A DNA stretch of 61,656 nucleotides, the filler included, from Basidioascus undulatus (taxonomy: Eukaryota), in the NCBI GenBank assembly GCA_000826855.1. It is 4 parts of 4 records of this genome, joined end to end, with 100 filler letters (N's around TTAATTAATTAA, not from the genome) between each part and the next. Parts side by side here need not be neighbours in the genome. Positions count along the whole stretch, not along the records: positions 1 to 15,441 come from JTLS01000645.1; 3 more parts are not named here. One strand, written 5' to 3'. Both the position numbers and the translations under genes were made by a program. Within the stretch, counting starts at the first letter, position 1, and each line of letters opens with the position of its first letter. This document shows, in pieces, positions 1 through 10,670 of this stretch. The notes below the pieces were generated by a model that was not told the DNA's origin, searched no databases, and saw only the letters and a list, made by a program, of their open reading frames with translations.

Positions 1-869
1 CCGATCACCACACTCAACTTCACCAGACGAGCAACTCCTCAACCTCGTTCCCACCCTCACCCTCTCAACCTCCTCGCCCGCACCCTCTTAACCCCCCCAA
101 CCTCGCCCTACGTGTTAGCTGACCCTCATCCTCTCGGCAGCTTACCCTCGTTCTTCCTCCCGACTATTGTATCGTAAGTATTCCTCTCCTTCTTTTCCTA
201 CTGCTTCCCACCAACTCACCTCCTTCCTCTCCGACAAACCACCCTCATCTCCTTCGTTTCCCACCAACTCACTTCCGTTCTCCTTCAACTTGCAGCCTCC
301 GCGAGTTTCAGCGCGGTTCTCCTCTGACAGTTTTCTCCCTACACAGGTACTGCGACAGCGAGAGTAACAGCGTACTATTTCGCTTGACTGCTGGTCGCTT
401 CGGCTCTTACTTCTTCATCCTCTCCCACAGATTCCGAGCATTGACGATCGCGACTCTGAGCTCCTTGACCTCTCTAGATGGCCATTAAGTTCTAAACAGG
501 CCAGGTCAGACTTGGGCTGGGGCAGGGAAGTAGGAAACATGAGAAACTTTCTTTTGCAACACGCTCGTTGCCATGACCCTTGCGGAGGAAGATGCGGGTC
601 GCGCTGGCGTGCATGGCCGCCGATAGGCTTTTTGTCGGCTGCGGCGAAGGCGGGAGCGGCGCCGAGGTCGTCTTGGACTTGGTTCGTGATACTGCAGACT
701 CTTCACGGCCCTTTCCTCAAATGCGCAGACTTGAATCAAACACCAAATATTGACTCCTGTCATCAGTTTTTAACCTGAACTGCGTATGAAAGACCTTGAA
801 AAAGCGGTGTTCTTCCGCAGATGGTAGATTGATCCTGTACGGATTGGTCGAAGAATATAAGATATACTC

Positions 870-1815
870 AAGCGATGTACACGGGGGTTGATGCGCGGAA
901 CATCAGTATGACTTCGGAAGCTCTAGAACCCTCCGCGATACATAGTTCCTGTGCTGAAAAACATCAGAGAGCGTTCACGTAGAGTAAGCGGGAAGGAACA
1001 CTCACAAGATCATCTCCCTCGAAACGGGCGTAATGCGAGGCACAAACACCTCCCGCAGGTACCGCTGGATTCGCGGGCGGTGTCAGCCGTGTAGCACGGC
1101 CCAGTTTCGCGGGAGCAAAGCCTGCCGTGCGCCAGATAGTGACGAGCTCGAGCTCGTGAGCTCGTGCAAGCGCAGGATAGACCTGTTCATCAGGGCTTTA
1201 TGAGATATTACTGTTCAACTTGGTTGTAGCACGGGAGAAAAAGCTACCTGACGCGAACATCTCCAGCCCCCACTTCGATGGTACCTTATCCAGGCGGGAA
1301 GCCGTTTCAGTTGCAAGAGCGCGCAGGCGCGTATGGTTCATTTACCTCCGAACGGCCGATCCAGAATGTTCAGCTTGCGGCTGTACCAGTCTGCCCGGAC
1401 GAACCACAATATGAGGCGAAGCCTTTCTGTTGAAACGCCGAGGCTAACGTACCGGCAAAGTTCAGCGACACCTCCTTCTTGCCAACCGAACTGGGTCAAG
1501 TTAGGAACGCTCGAAAGCCTTGCCAATTTTCCCGACCTTATATGATTACCGAGAGCTACAAGAGTACTCACCTTCCCCAAACACGACCACCATGCCCGGC
1601 GTCCCAGCCCGGCGTCCCAGCATCCTCCACCGAGCCATCTGGGCTCGAGTCTCCCAGGGACTCCGTATTCCTCATTGCTCCCTGCAGCAATGAGGCGACA
1701 TTGTGCGTCTCGTGAGGCCATAGAAAGTGGTAGCAAGTGATAGCAGCCCGCAGAAGACGAGGAAGACGACGGCTGCCTCTCGCACGATGCTGATGGTCGA
1801 GTCGAACTTGGGCAT
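870..1815 (-). pseudogene. Decayed paralog of the adjacent membrane-anchored IAH1-like SGNH esterase
   Basis: ATG at 1815 gives MPKFDSTISIVREAAVVFLVFCGLLSLATTFYGL (hydrophobic anchor), then ...AGTPGMVVVFG, LTQFGWQEGG, WYSRKLNILDRPFGG and VYPALARAHELELVTIW. These are exon-by-exon homologous to the gene at 2840-4068. Lesions: in-frame TGA at 1672-1674; 1-nt deletion in the GDS codons (ttt ggg ga-ag|gt versus ttc ggg gac ag|gt); acceptor AG replaced by AA at about 1502. The 3' boundary is approximate. Confidence 0.8.
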
Positions 1816-2839
1816 GGCTGCGCGTGGGGATGAATAGAGAGAAGAGTCGGCTTAGCCGGGCGAAGAATAGTAAGGGAAATAATGGATGGTGGGTGAGTAA
1901 GGACGGAGCGTCGTCTCAGCGACGGTTCCAACAGACCTGGTACTACAGAGTCGCGACGCGTCCCGGCCTCATTCTGACCGCTACGCCATCGTACCGGCAC
2001 ACGGATCATCATCAATACCAACCAATTTTCGAGATGCTGGCATGGCACCGTTTCTCCGACTCCTGAGGAACGACGCTGTCGAGGCCGTGAAGGGAAGTAC
2101 TACCGTCTCGCGAGTGGCGTCTTGGTGGCGTCGGGACTTGGCCCATCAAGTTGCCACTTGTCCCGACGCGCCTGTCGTGTGCAACTCGGGCCAAGTCCTG
2201 GAACATTATAATGACTTACGGATATATTTGAGCGGAAGTCAAGCAAAAATATCAGGAAGTTTAGAATTTCGTACCCGGAAGCGTACGAGAAATTGAAGGC
2301 TCCGGGCCTTGTTCAGTCGCGGAGTGTGGGCATTCACTTCGCGGCATCTTCACCCCCAAGCGATTCTCTCTACCAGTCTCCGGGGGAACAATGAGGTGGT
2401 ATGATTAGTGTTCTTTCTGAGCATTCGCGTCTGTTATTGATGACGGTTGATGCTACTTCGATTCATGCAAGCCGTCCGTCAGACCCGCTGCGTCACCGCA
2501 GTGTCCTAAGCCGTAGACACCCACAATTTTGCCAACTTATGCCAATTGTATGTGATGGAGTAGACCGTTCTTTCAACATCTGGTGGATGAGTTGCCAGAT
2601 GAAGGGATAACAGGACCAGAGGGCACGGTCGCGGAAGCCTGCCCGGCGGGGCTCCTGAGCAACGTGGCCTTCCTCGTGAATTACACTCCTGGCAGGCGCA
2701 AGCCAGCGCAGAAGAAACGCAAAAGGGGTATTTTATAATACAACAGAAGATGCACATGTGGTGCCAAGTAGCTCTAAGGAACGATCGGTGCGCCGTGATA
2801 GAAAATGTCCGATGGCCTGCAAGCTCCGAATGGCCTCCA

Positions 2840-4068
2840 TTAGTAACTGTAGCCCGCGAGGAATTCGTCGTAGAACGCACTGGGGATAGAATGTATGAAG
2901 TTGATTCGGATGCATCTCGGGCCACGTCTCCGCAATCTTCTTAGAGATTTCCGAGAACACCAACTGCAAAGAGCATCATAAGTCAACCGTTGCGGCAAGC
3001 GTCGCGCGGAATCAGCAGAGCGTTTGACCACTTACCTTGTTCCCCAGAGCGTTGTGATGGAGCCCATCCGACCAGAGCCCCCCTTGCGCTTCAGCACCGG
3101 GTATGGCCTTTTCGAAGGCGCCATACAGGTCCACCACGGGCACACCGCGCTCGGCGCCGATCGAGCGCACGGCCTCCGCGTACTCGTCGAAGCGCCAACC
3201 TTGCCATGGGTTGGGCGTCTGGTTCGGATCGACGGGTGTAGGGGTGATGAGGAGGACGCGTTGGGATTCGGGGAGGAGCGACAGCATCGCGTTGAGGTTG
3301 GACTTGTATTCGTCCTGAGGAACGCCCGGACCGTTCGGTATCATGTTGGCATCGTTATCACCTGAGTAGGAGTCAAGTCCTCAGGGATGTGCCTCTGGCT
3401 CCGCTTCTCTCCTGCCGAAAAACGCACCATACCAAAGCACGACAAGCTCTACGTTTAGCCTGTGGACGTCGACGAGCGCTGGGTAGACCTGTCGTTACAG
3501 GTAAGCAAGCGAGAAGTAAGAAGGAAAGGAAAGGGTTACTTGGGAGAACATTTGGAGGCCCCATCGGCTGGTATAGCCTGTAGAGATGAAGTGAGCCTCT
3601 TCCGGCACTCCAGCTCGTCCGCAACCACTCACCTCCAAAGCCTCGGTTGATAATGTCCAGCTTGCGCTCGTACCACACTTCCAAGGAGAAATATAAGAAT
3701 CCCTTGAAAAATATCCCCACTCCCAATAAAAGAGATAGCTTACAACTCATCAGGTGCACCCATCCACCTTCTCGCCAACCAAACTCCGTCAGGCTGTAGC
3801 GACACAGCGCTTTCAGCACGCGTTCGAATCCAGACTCGAGAGAGTTTCACGGCGCTCACCTGTCCCCGAACATGACTACCGTCCCCGGCGACCCCGCCCC
3901 GCCCACTGCGCTCACATCGCCTGCGGATGCGCCCAGCCGCTTCAACGAACCAGGTAGTGGCAGTCGTCCGCCACTCTCGAGGGAGGACATGGCGAGCAAG
4001 ACGAGCCCGAAGAGCGCGGTGAGGAGGACGAGCACATATCGCAAAACTGGAGATTCGGAGGCGTGCAT
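2840..4068 (-). CDS. SGNH/GDSL hydrolase, IAH1 (isoamyl acetate esterase)-like, with N-terminal transmembrane anchor; multi-exon
   Basis: Spliced translation shows all SGNH blocks: VVMFGD|SLTEFGW (block I), KLDIINRGFGG (II), VLWY|GDNDA (III), LLITPTPVD and LWSDGLH (V). The N-terminus YVLVLLTALFGLVLLAM is hydrophobic. Introns are GT-AG. Predicted end FYPHY* at 2840. Confidence 0.9.
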
Positions 4069-4716
4069 GTCGGTAAGGGTGCGGATGAGGGAGGAGGACG
4101 GAGAGAAGAAGGAAGATGACGGCGACGACGCGACTGTGCTCTGAATATCATACCTGCTCTAGCCAAGCACGTGGTGCGCCGCCATCCCCCCACAAAAGGG
4201 CCTAGTTGCGTCTGAAATAGATCCCTCCAAAATCAGGGACGTGATGCTTTGCACGGCGACGCAATCGGTCGACTCAAGAGCAGGATCGACATGGCAAACC
4301 TTTCAGCTGTCGACGATGGATGGCGATCAAGCCAGGGCCTCCGGCAGTCTCAGCCTCATTGTGCCTCACTCAGGTCTGCTCCCGTTTCTCCTGAATAGGA
4401 CAACCAAGAAAATGCTACCGCAATCGGTCGAACTAAATTTTAAAAAACCGCTTACTCGCTCTGCAAGATAAGAGTATGGCTGTTCGCTCAGGGCCCGAAA
4501 GTCGTGCAGCTGTTGGTGTGACTGTCAGCTGTCAAAGTGATCCTAGAGGAGTGCGTTGGACTTGGTAGGACCAGGGAAGCTCTTGGGGAAGCTCGCTTCC
4601 TCGCTTCGCAGCTTCCCTCACGACGATCTACGTAACGCATATATCCAGGGCAGGAGCCCTTAATACCTGTTTCTCTACGTCCCACTCACGTCTTTTCGCA
4701 TCGCAATTGCGTAGTG

Positions 4717-7074
4717 ATGCCGCGATATCCGACCAGTCGGCTGGCCATCGTCTCGGCCGTGGTCGCGAGCGCGCTCATCCTCCTCGCGGCTCACCGCTCG
4801 GGCACGTCCTCGAGCGACGTTATCGAGGCCTACCACCGCCATGTCGCGCCTCAAATACCATGGTTCTCTGATGCCGAAACCTGCATGTACGCCAAACACC
4901 CATGTCACTCAGAGCCTTGACGCCAATCACCGTTGCCGCCGCCCTGCAGAGACATACCCACACACCGCGACTCGGGCTTCGCAGCCTCGCTCTGCCGCCG
5001 GCGAAGAGCATGCGACGTCGCGCATGTCGAGATATGGAGGACGGATGAGGAAGCGTGCGCGGCTGCGGAAGCGCGCAGGCCGACCGCGGAGGAGGACCAG
5101 GTCGCGTTGGAGGAGACGTGGAGGGGCCCGGACTTGATACACGTTTTGGTGGATGGGGATCAGACGTGGGCTGTGGAGGATGAGGTGGAGTATTTTGGAG
5201 GTTGTAGGTACGTCTGTGGTTTATTTCTTGAAAGAGGGGAGGCATGCGCATGGGGTGAAGGCTAATACTGGGTGACCAGGTATCGGTATCGCTTGGAAGG
5301 CGGTCGCGATGACCAGGGGAAGCCGCTGAACGGGGAGCTCAGCCTCAAGGTGCGTTTATGTACAGTCTTTATCGCAACCCTCGCTCATCGGACTCTTATC
5401 TCTTGCAGATTGTACTGATGTTCGAGAACTGTGCGCTCCCCGAACCCACGTCTTCGTTTTCACACGCTGACCCGCTACCTCCCGCAGACGACTACTGGCG
5501 CCCCGAGCCGGCCGTTGTCTGGCGGTCCATGCAGCCAATCGTGCCCTCTTCCGCGGACGCGTCACTCCCCCTAGCGAACTGGACGTCCTACGCACCCCCA
5601 ACGCCGCTCCTCTGTTCCTCCACCGCGCGTCCCCGCGCGCCGGCGCTCTACCCCTCCTCCTCGCGCGCCCAACTCCCGCCTTGCTCGCGCACTCGTCCGG
5701 TCCGTGGGAACTACCTCCCCCCCGAAGAGAGCGACGCGGAATGGAGCTGGCAGGGGTACCAGTGGACGCCCGAGGGGTGCAGCATGACGGACATCATGCC
5801 GGACCCGTATGCGCCGCCGGAGGAGGCGGAGCGCTGGACGCGAAGGAAGAGGATGATTCTGTTCTGGGGGGACTCTCACCTGCGTGCGTTGGGATAGCGT
5901 TCGGTAACCGAGGGGCGAAAAATGGCTGATGAGGATTCCCGGTGGGCAGGTTTCGCGTTCCGGCATTTCAACGCTGTCATCCAGCAGGACATCGAGCACT
6001 TGCACGAACCTGTGAGACCATCGCGTTGTCCTTACTTACCCTGGACTGTAACTTATCGTGGATACTTGCAGATCACGGGCAAGACCGAATCCGAGACGAG
6101 CATCGTCCGCAATGTGACATCGCGGTACTTCGTGAGTGCCGACGCCTCGTCCAAACAGCAACTCCCGGGAGACTGACCAGTAATATTGCGCTCAGTGGAA
6201 CACCCATGCCACGTCAGTTTCCTTTCGTTCTCGTTTCCGCTTTTTCCCCGCCGACATGATGTCCATCTCTCAGTTTCCCTGGCTGCGGCGCAACAGTCTG
6301 GGACACGATCGTGATCAGCGCAGTAAGTCGCGATTTCCTACGTCCACACGAAGTTGTTCATCTAACGAGCTGTCCCTCGCAAGGGCCATCATAACCTCCT
6401 GCATCTCGCGCGGGTGACGAACCCGCAGGACGCGTATGGACACGTCTACGTCCTCGACGAATGGACTCGTCAGATCTTGGACCTGTTCGAGTCTCTGCAG
6501 AAGTGTTTCGACGATAAGTAAGCGTCTCGCGCTTCTTTGAGATGAGTGGGCGGCGGTGGCTGATGGAGAGATGGATGGGTTCACCAGCAATATACCTAAG
6601 CCCCGGTGAGCAGCGCTGGTAACAGGATATGCTGGGGGTCTCCGCTAAGATTCCTTCCTGTTTCAGTCTGATCTTCATGAGCCCTCCCGCTCGCGACCCT
6701 ACCACAGCCGGTCCTGTCAGTGCGTCCCGGGTTCACTTCACTCTCTCCTCTTCCTCCCCCTAAATCATGCCCAACTCCACGCAGACATCGACCTCGGCGA
6801 CGTAGACGGGCGCTCGAACGCCCGCCTGGCGCGGTACACGTACTCGGCGTTCGACGCGCTCTCCGCCTCCCCCGCGCTCGCCGACGCGGGCGCGGACGTC
6901 CGACTGGTCGACCAGTTCGCGCTCACGCTGCCGTTCATGTGGCACGCGCCGGACGGGCTGCACTTCCACCACACGGACGCGATGAGCGCGATCACGCACG
7001 AGCTGCTGTGGAAGATCGGGCTTGTCGAAGGCTTAGGCGAGGAGTGGGAGAAGCGGTATGACGAGTCGGGCTAG
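4717..7074 (+). CDS. Type II membrane SGNH-like (PC-esterase/NXPE/TBL-like) putative glycan O-acyltransferase or esterase; multi-exon
   Basis: N-terminal anchor LAIVSAVVASALILLAA. Motifs GPD, YQWTPEGC, MILFWGDSHL|R, LIFMSPPA, DGRSNARL and VDQFALTLPFMWHAPDGLHF (GDS...DxxH catalytic pattern). The exons checked join in frame through GT-AG introns. Stop TAG at 7072-7074. The family assignment rests on motif pattern, not a database search. Confidence 0.75.
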
Positions 7075-7977
7075 GACTTTGGGTAACTGCTGCGTAGACG
7101 TTCGGATGGTTCTTTGGACTTGAAGTCAGGCTTAATCGAGCATATTTATTGAACGTGCATGCTTCGTTTGTTCAGCTCGAATGTGGCAGCTCGATGGCTC
7201 GGTCAGTGAGGGCGCCGATTAGTGAGGGCTTGCCACCCTCGATAAATCACAACGTTCCACCGCTGTATGGTGGCCTTAGGGTCGAACTCCGAGCGCTAAC
7301 CACTACCGGAACTTGTAAGGACGCCTCCAGCGCTGAAAACCGTATCGGTAACACGTACGCCCGCCGCTGCTCAGTAGTGCACATGGGTCATGGACGCGCC
7401 GCTGGGCTCGCAGGCAGGACTAAGGAGGTGGCTAGGAGCACGGCCGATGTGAGGGAGGAGCTTGTTGACGAAAATGAATGTGGAGAAGTGCGACGCGTCA
7501 AGCGGCGTTCTAAAGAGGCAAATCCGCAGTGGCGAGCGCGCTGCGGCGCAGGATGCAGAGGGCCGGGCCGCATGCAGGCCGGCAACATTTCGTTGTGTCG
7601 TAGCCCTCGTTTCACAAGCCGGCGTACCGGTTTCAAGATGTATTCCGACTGGTTTCGAGTATCTCGGCATGACGATGAGTGTTTATCGAGGTAGAGAATA
7701 TATGTCTTGTGGGTGTACAGGTGCGCGTTTGGGAGATTATCTTGAAGCAGGTTTTGTGACGTCGATCGGAGTCCAATGTTGCCGCTAAGCAGCAGGCGCG
7801 GGTCAGGGCCGCTGCGGGAGCGATTGAAGGGGACGGCGAGTCACCTGTCTCCCTCTGTCTTCTCTCTCTACCTCCTCCCCCCATCACCGCCGCCTTCACC
7901 GCCCCCGGGCACACACTCGCTTTTCGTTTTCCACCCTCTGATCCGCCCAGCAGCCGGGACTCGATCTACGCGCAGCC

Positions 7978-9977
7978 ATGGCCGCGACGACCCACCAGCA
8001 GAAGCAGGATGAGATCGACCTCGAGGCGCTCCTGCCAGAGCATGACCCCAACGCCAAAGATGCCGCCGGCGTCGAGGCTCCCGCGCCCTCATCGCAACCC
8101 AAAGACGCTGGCGCCCAGGACAAGAAGACCTTGAGTCCTTATGTTATCATGTGCGTTGGAGACGGACAGGGGAGGCGACGGAGCAAGGCGAGGCTGAGGC
8201 TGATGGTCTCTTCGCGGCAGTCCGATTTGGATCGCGTTGTCTTCTGTGAGTCGCCGTTCGGTCGCTTCTTTAGAGGGCACATGCTGACGTGCTGGTGTGC
8301 GGTATGTATAGTCTGTGTGAGTTTGAGATTGGAATGCTTGATGGGCCTGGGTACACCGAAATCTGACTGTCGTGTCGTGCTTCTTGCGGATAGCATCTTG
8401 TACAACAAGGTACGCCGTGGCAGGCCTCCCAGTTTCTCCCTTACGTGTTAACATGGCCATCTGCCCGCAGTTGATCTTCACCACCCTCAAGTTCGAATAC
8501 CCCATCTTCCTCGTCACCTTCCACCTTGTACGCCTCTCCCGGCTCTCCTGTCTCCTAGGCAGCCCCTGACGCGACTCTTCACTCCAGACCTTCGCTGTAC
8601 GTGCCCCATCTCATCTGCAGAAATGAGGCCCAAGATCGAGACTAACGACGCCTGCGCCGCCGCAGACCATCGGCACGCGCATTCTCCGCCGCTTCACCCA
8701 CCTCCTCGATGATCTGAACGAGATCAACATGACGCGCGAGACCTGGACGCGCCGGATCCTGCCCATCGGCGTCCTCTTCTCCGGCAGTCTCATCTTCAGC
8801 AACATGGCCTACCTCTATCTCTCCGTGTCGTTCGTCCAGATGCTCAAGGTGCGCTCTTCGCCCTCTGCCTCCCTTCTCGCCCCTACCGTAACTCGCTGAC
8901 TCCTAACATTCACTTGATCTCAGGCGTTCACTCCCGTCTCCATCCTGTGCGCCTTTGAGATGCTCTGCATTGCTATGGAGAATTTAACTGAGTTGCGTGA
9001 ATGCTCCTCAACAGCATCATCTCGTTCGCCTTCGGCCTCTCCGCGATGGACCGCAAGCTGTTCGGCATCGTGTTCCTCATCTCCGCCGGTGTCTGCATCG
9101 CCTCATACGGCGAGGCCTCCTGGGACACGCGCGGCTTTATCTGCCAAGTCCTGGCCATCGTGGTGCGTCTTGCTTGCCTGGGAGTGCTTGGAGGCGGAAC
9201 GAGGGGCTCACTCGGGGGCGGGCGCGCAGCTCGAGAGCTCTCGCCTCGTCATGATTCAGCTCATCCTGCACGGCATGAAGGTGCGTCCTATCTCGCTTCA
9301 ATCTTTCACGACGAAATCGGACCTGATGGCCTCTTTCGTCACCACGCAGATGGGCCCGCTCACCTCGCTCTACTTCGTACGCCGCGTTTCCTGCCATATG
9401 TCTCGCCTGAAGCGCTCCAGACTAATTCATTCGTACAGTTCGCTCCCGTCTGCGCGGTCCTCAACGCCCTTGTCATCCCCTTCACCGAGGGCTGGGCGCC
9501 GTTCTACGCGCTCAAGGACCTCGGCGCCTTCGTGCTCCTCTCCAACGCGAGCATCGCGTTCGCGCTCAACGTCGCTGCTGTGTTCCTCATCGGCGCCGCG
9601 AGCAGCTTGTGCGTCAGCTTAGGACCTAATCTTGGCGTCTCTGAGGAGAGCGACTGACAGTTGTGGTGGACGGACAGGATCCTGACGCTTGCTGGTATCG
9701 GCAAGGGTGTGTGACTGGTCAAGGTTTGCGTGGGTCGGAAGACTGAATGCTGATACGGGCGACGCCCGATGCAGATCTCCTCCTTATCATGGGCTCCGTC
9801 GTCTTCTTCGGCACCCCCATCACGGGCGTCCAAATCATAGGGTACGCGATCGCCCTCGGCGGTCTCGTCCTGTTCAAGACTCAAGGCCAGGTACGTCTTC
9901 TACCATCCATGCGCTTCGTTCCTCTGGTTCATCTCATCTGACTCCCAACGCGCCCCTCGCTTTCACAGAAGAAGTAA
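7978..9977 (+). CDS. Triose-phosphate transporter (TPT)/SLC35-type nucleotide-sugar transporter; many short exons
   Basis: Spliced protein contains [93 protein letters not shown] and [12 protein letters not shown], all typical of the TPT/DUF250 family. It ends KTQGQKK* (TAA 9975-9977). Confidence 0.92.
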
Positions 9978-10670
9978 ACGCGTTATTCAAGACGGGTGGG
10001 GGAGCCGATCGGGGATCAGGAAGACGGCAGCAGCAGCATCGGGCAGAAGGGAATGAGGAGAGAAGAGGAGTATTGAAGATGCGGACCTTCTTTCCATCGC
10101 TTGTCGAGCGCAGGCCGCCGGGCAGCCGGGCGCCTCAGCAAAGCAAAGCACAACTTGTTTCTTCTTGTGTTGTTTGTATCACACCTCAAACCTCACTCAT
10201 TTCGTCTCTCCCCTCTTCTCTCTTTTTCTGCTTCTGCGCCTTCCGTTCCTTTTTTGCTCTCTTTCCCGGCACATCATTATCATAGAGCTTGTGTGGCACC
10301 TGAGTCCCGAGCGTGCAACGGTGGATGGCGGGGTCTGGTCGAGGAGGCAGGCTACGAAGCGGCCTTCGAGCTCGGTAGCCCATGACTCGCTTGACTTTAT
10401 CGAACAGTCTCGGTTATCAACATGATGCATACCTATCTCTGGAGGTCGACGCAGCACTTCGCACTGTAAGCTCACGACATGCGACATCCTCTGCATTAGC
10501 GGAGCTTGACAAGCTGTCAAAGACGCGTCTTCCTGCACTTTGCCAGCTGCCCGCGTCTTCGTCGCGTGAATCCTCGACGAGCCGTCGGTCGGTCATGCCC
10601 ACGCACACACAGAAGACCGTCACTCGTTCGCCTCTTGTTCACTGACCATCACGACGACGGCTCTGGGGCG

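Noticed and set aside
1..370. CT-rich segment with splice-like signals ending in ...TAACA, resembling an LTR end
   Set aside because: No second copy, primer-binding site or retroelement ORF was found in the window, and the segment is truncated by the window edge.
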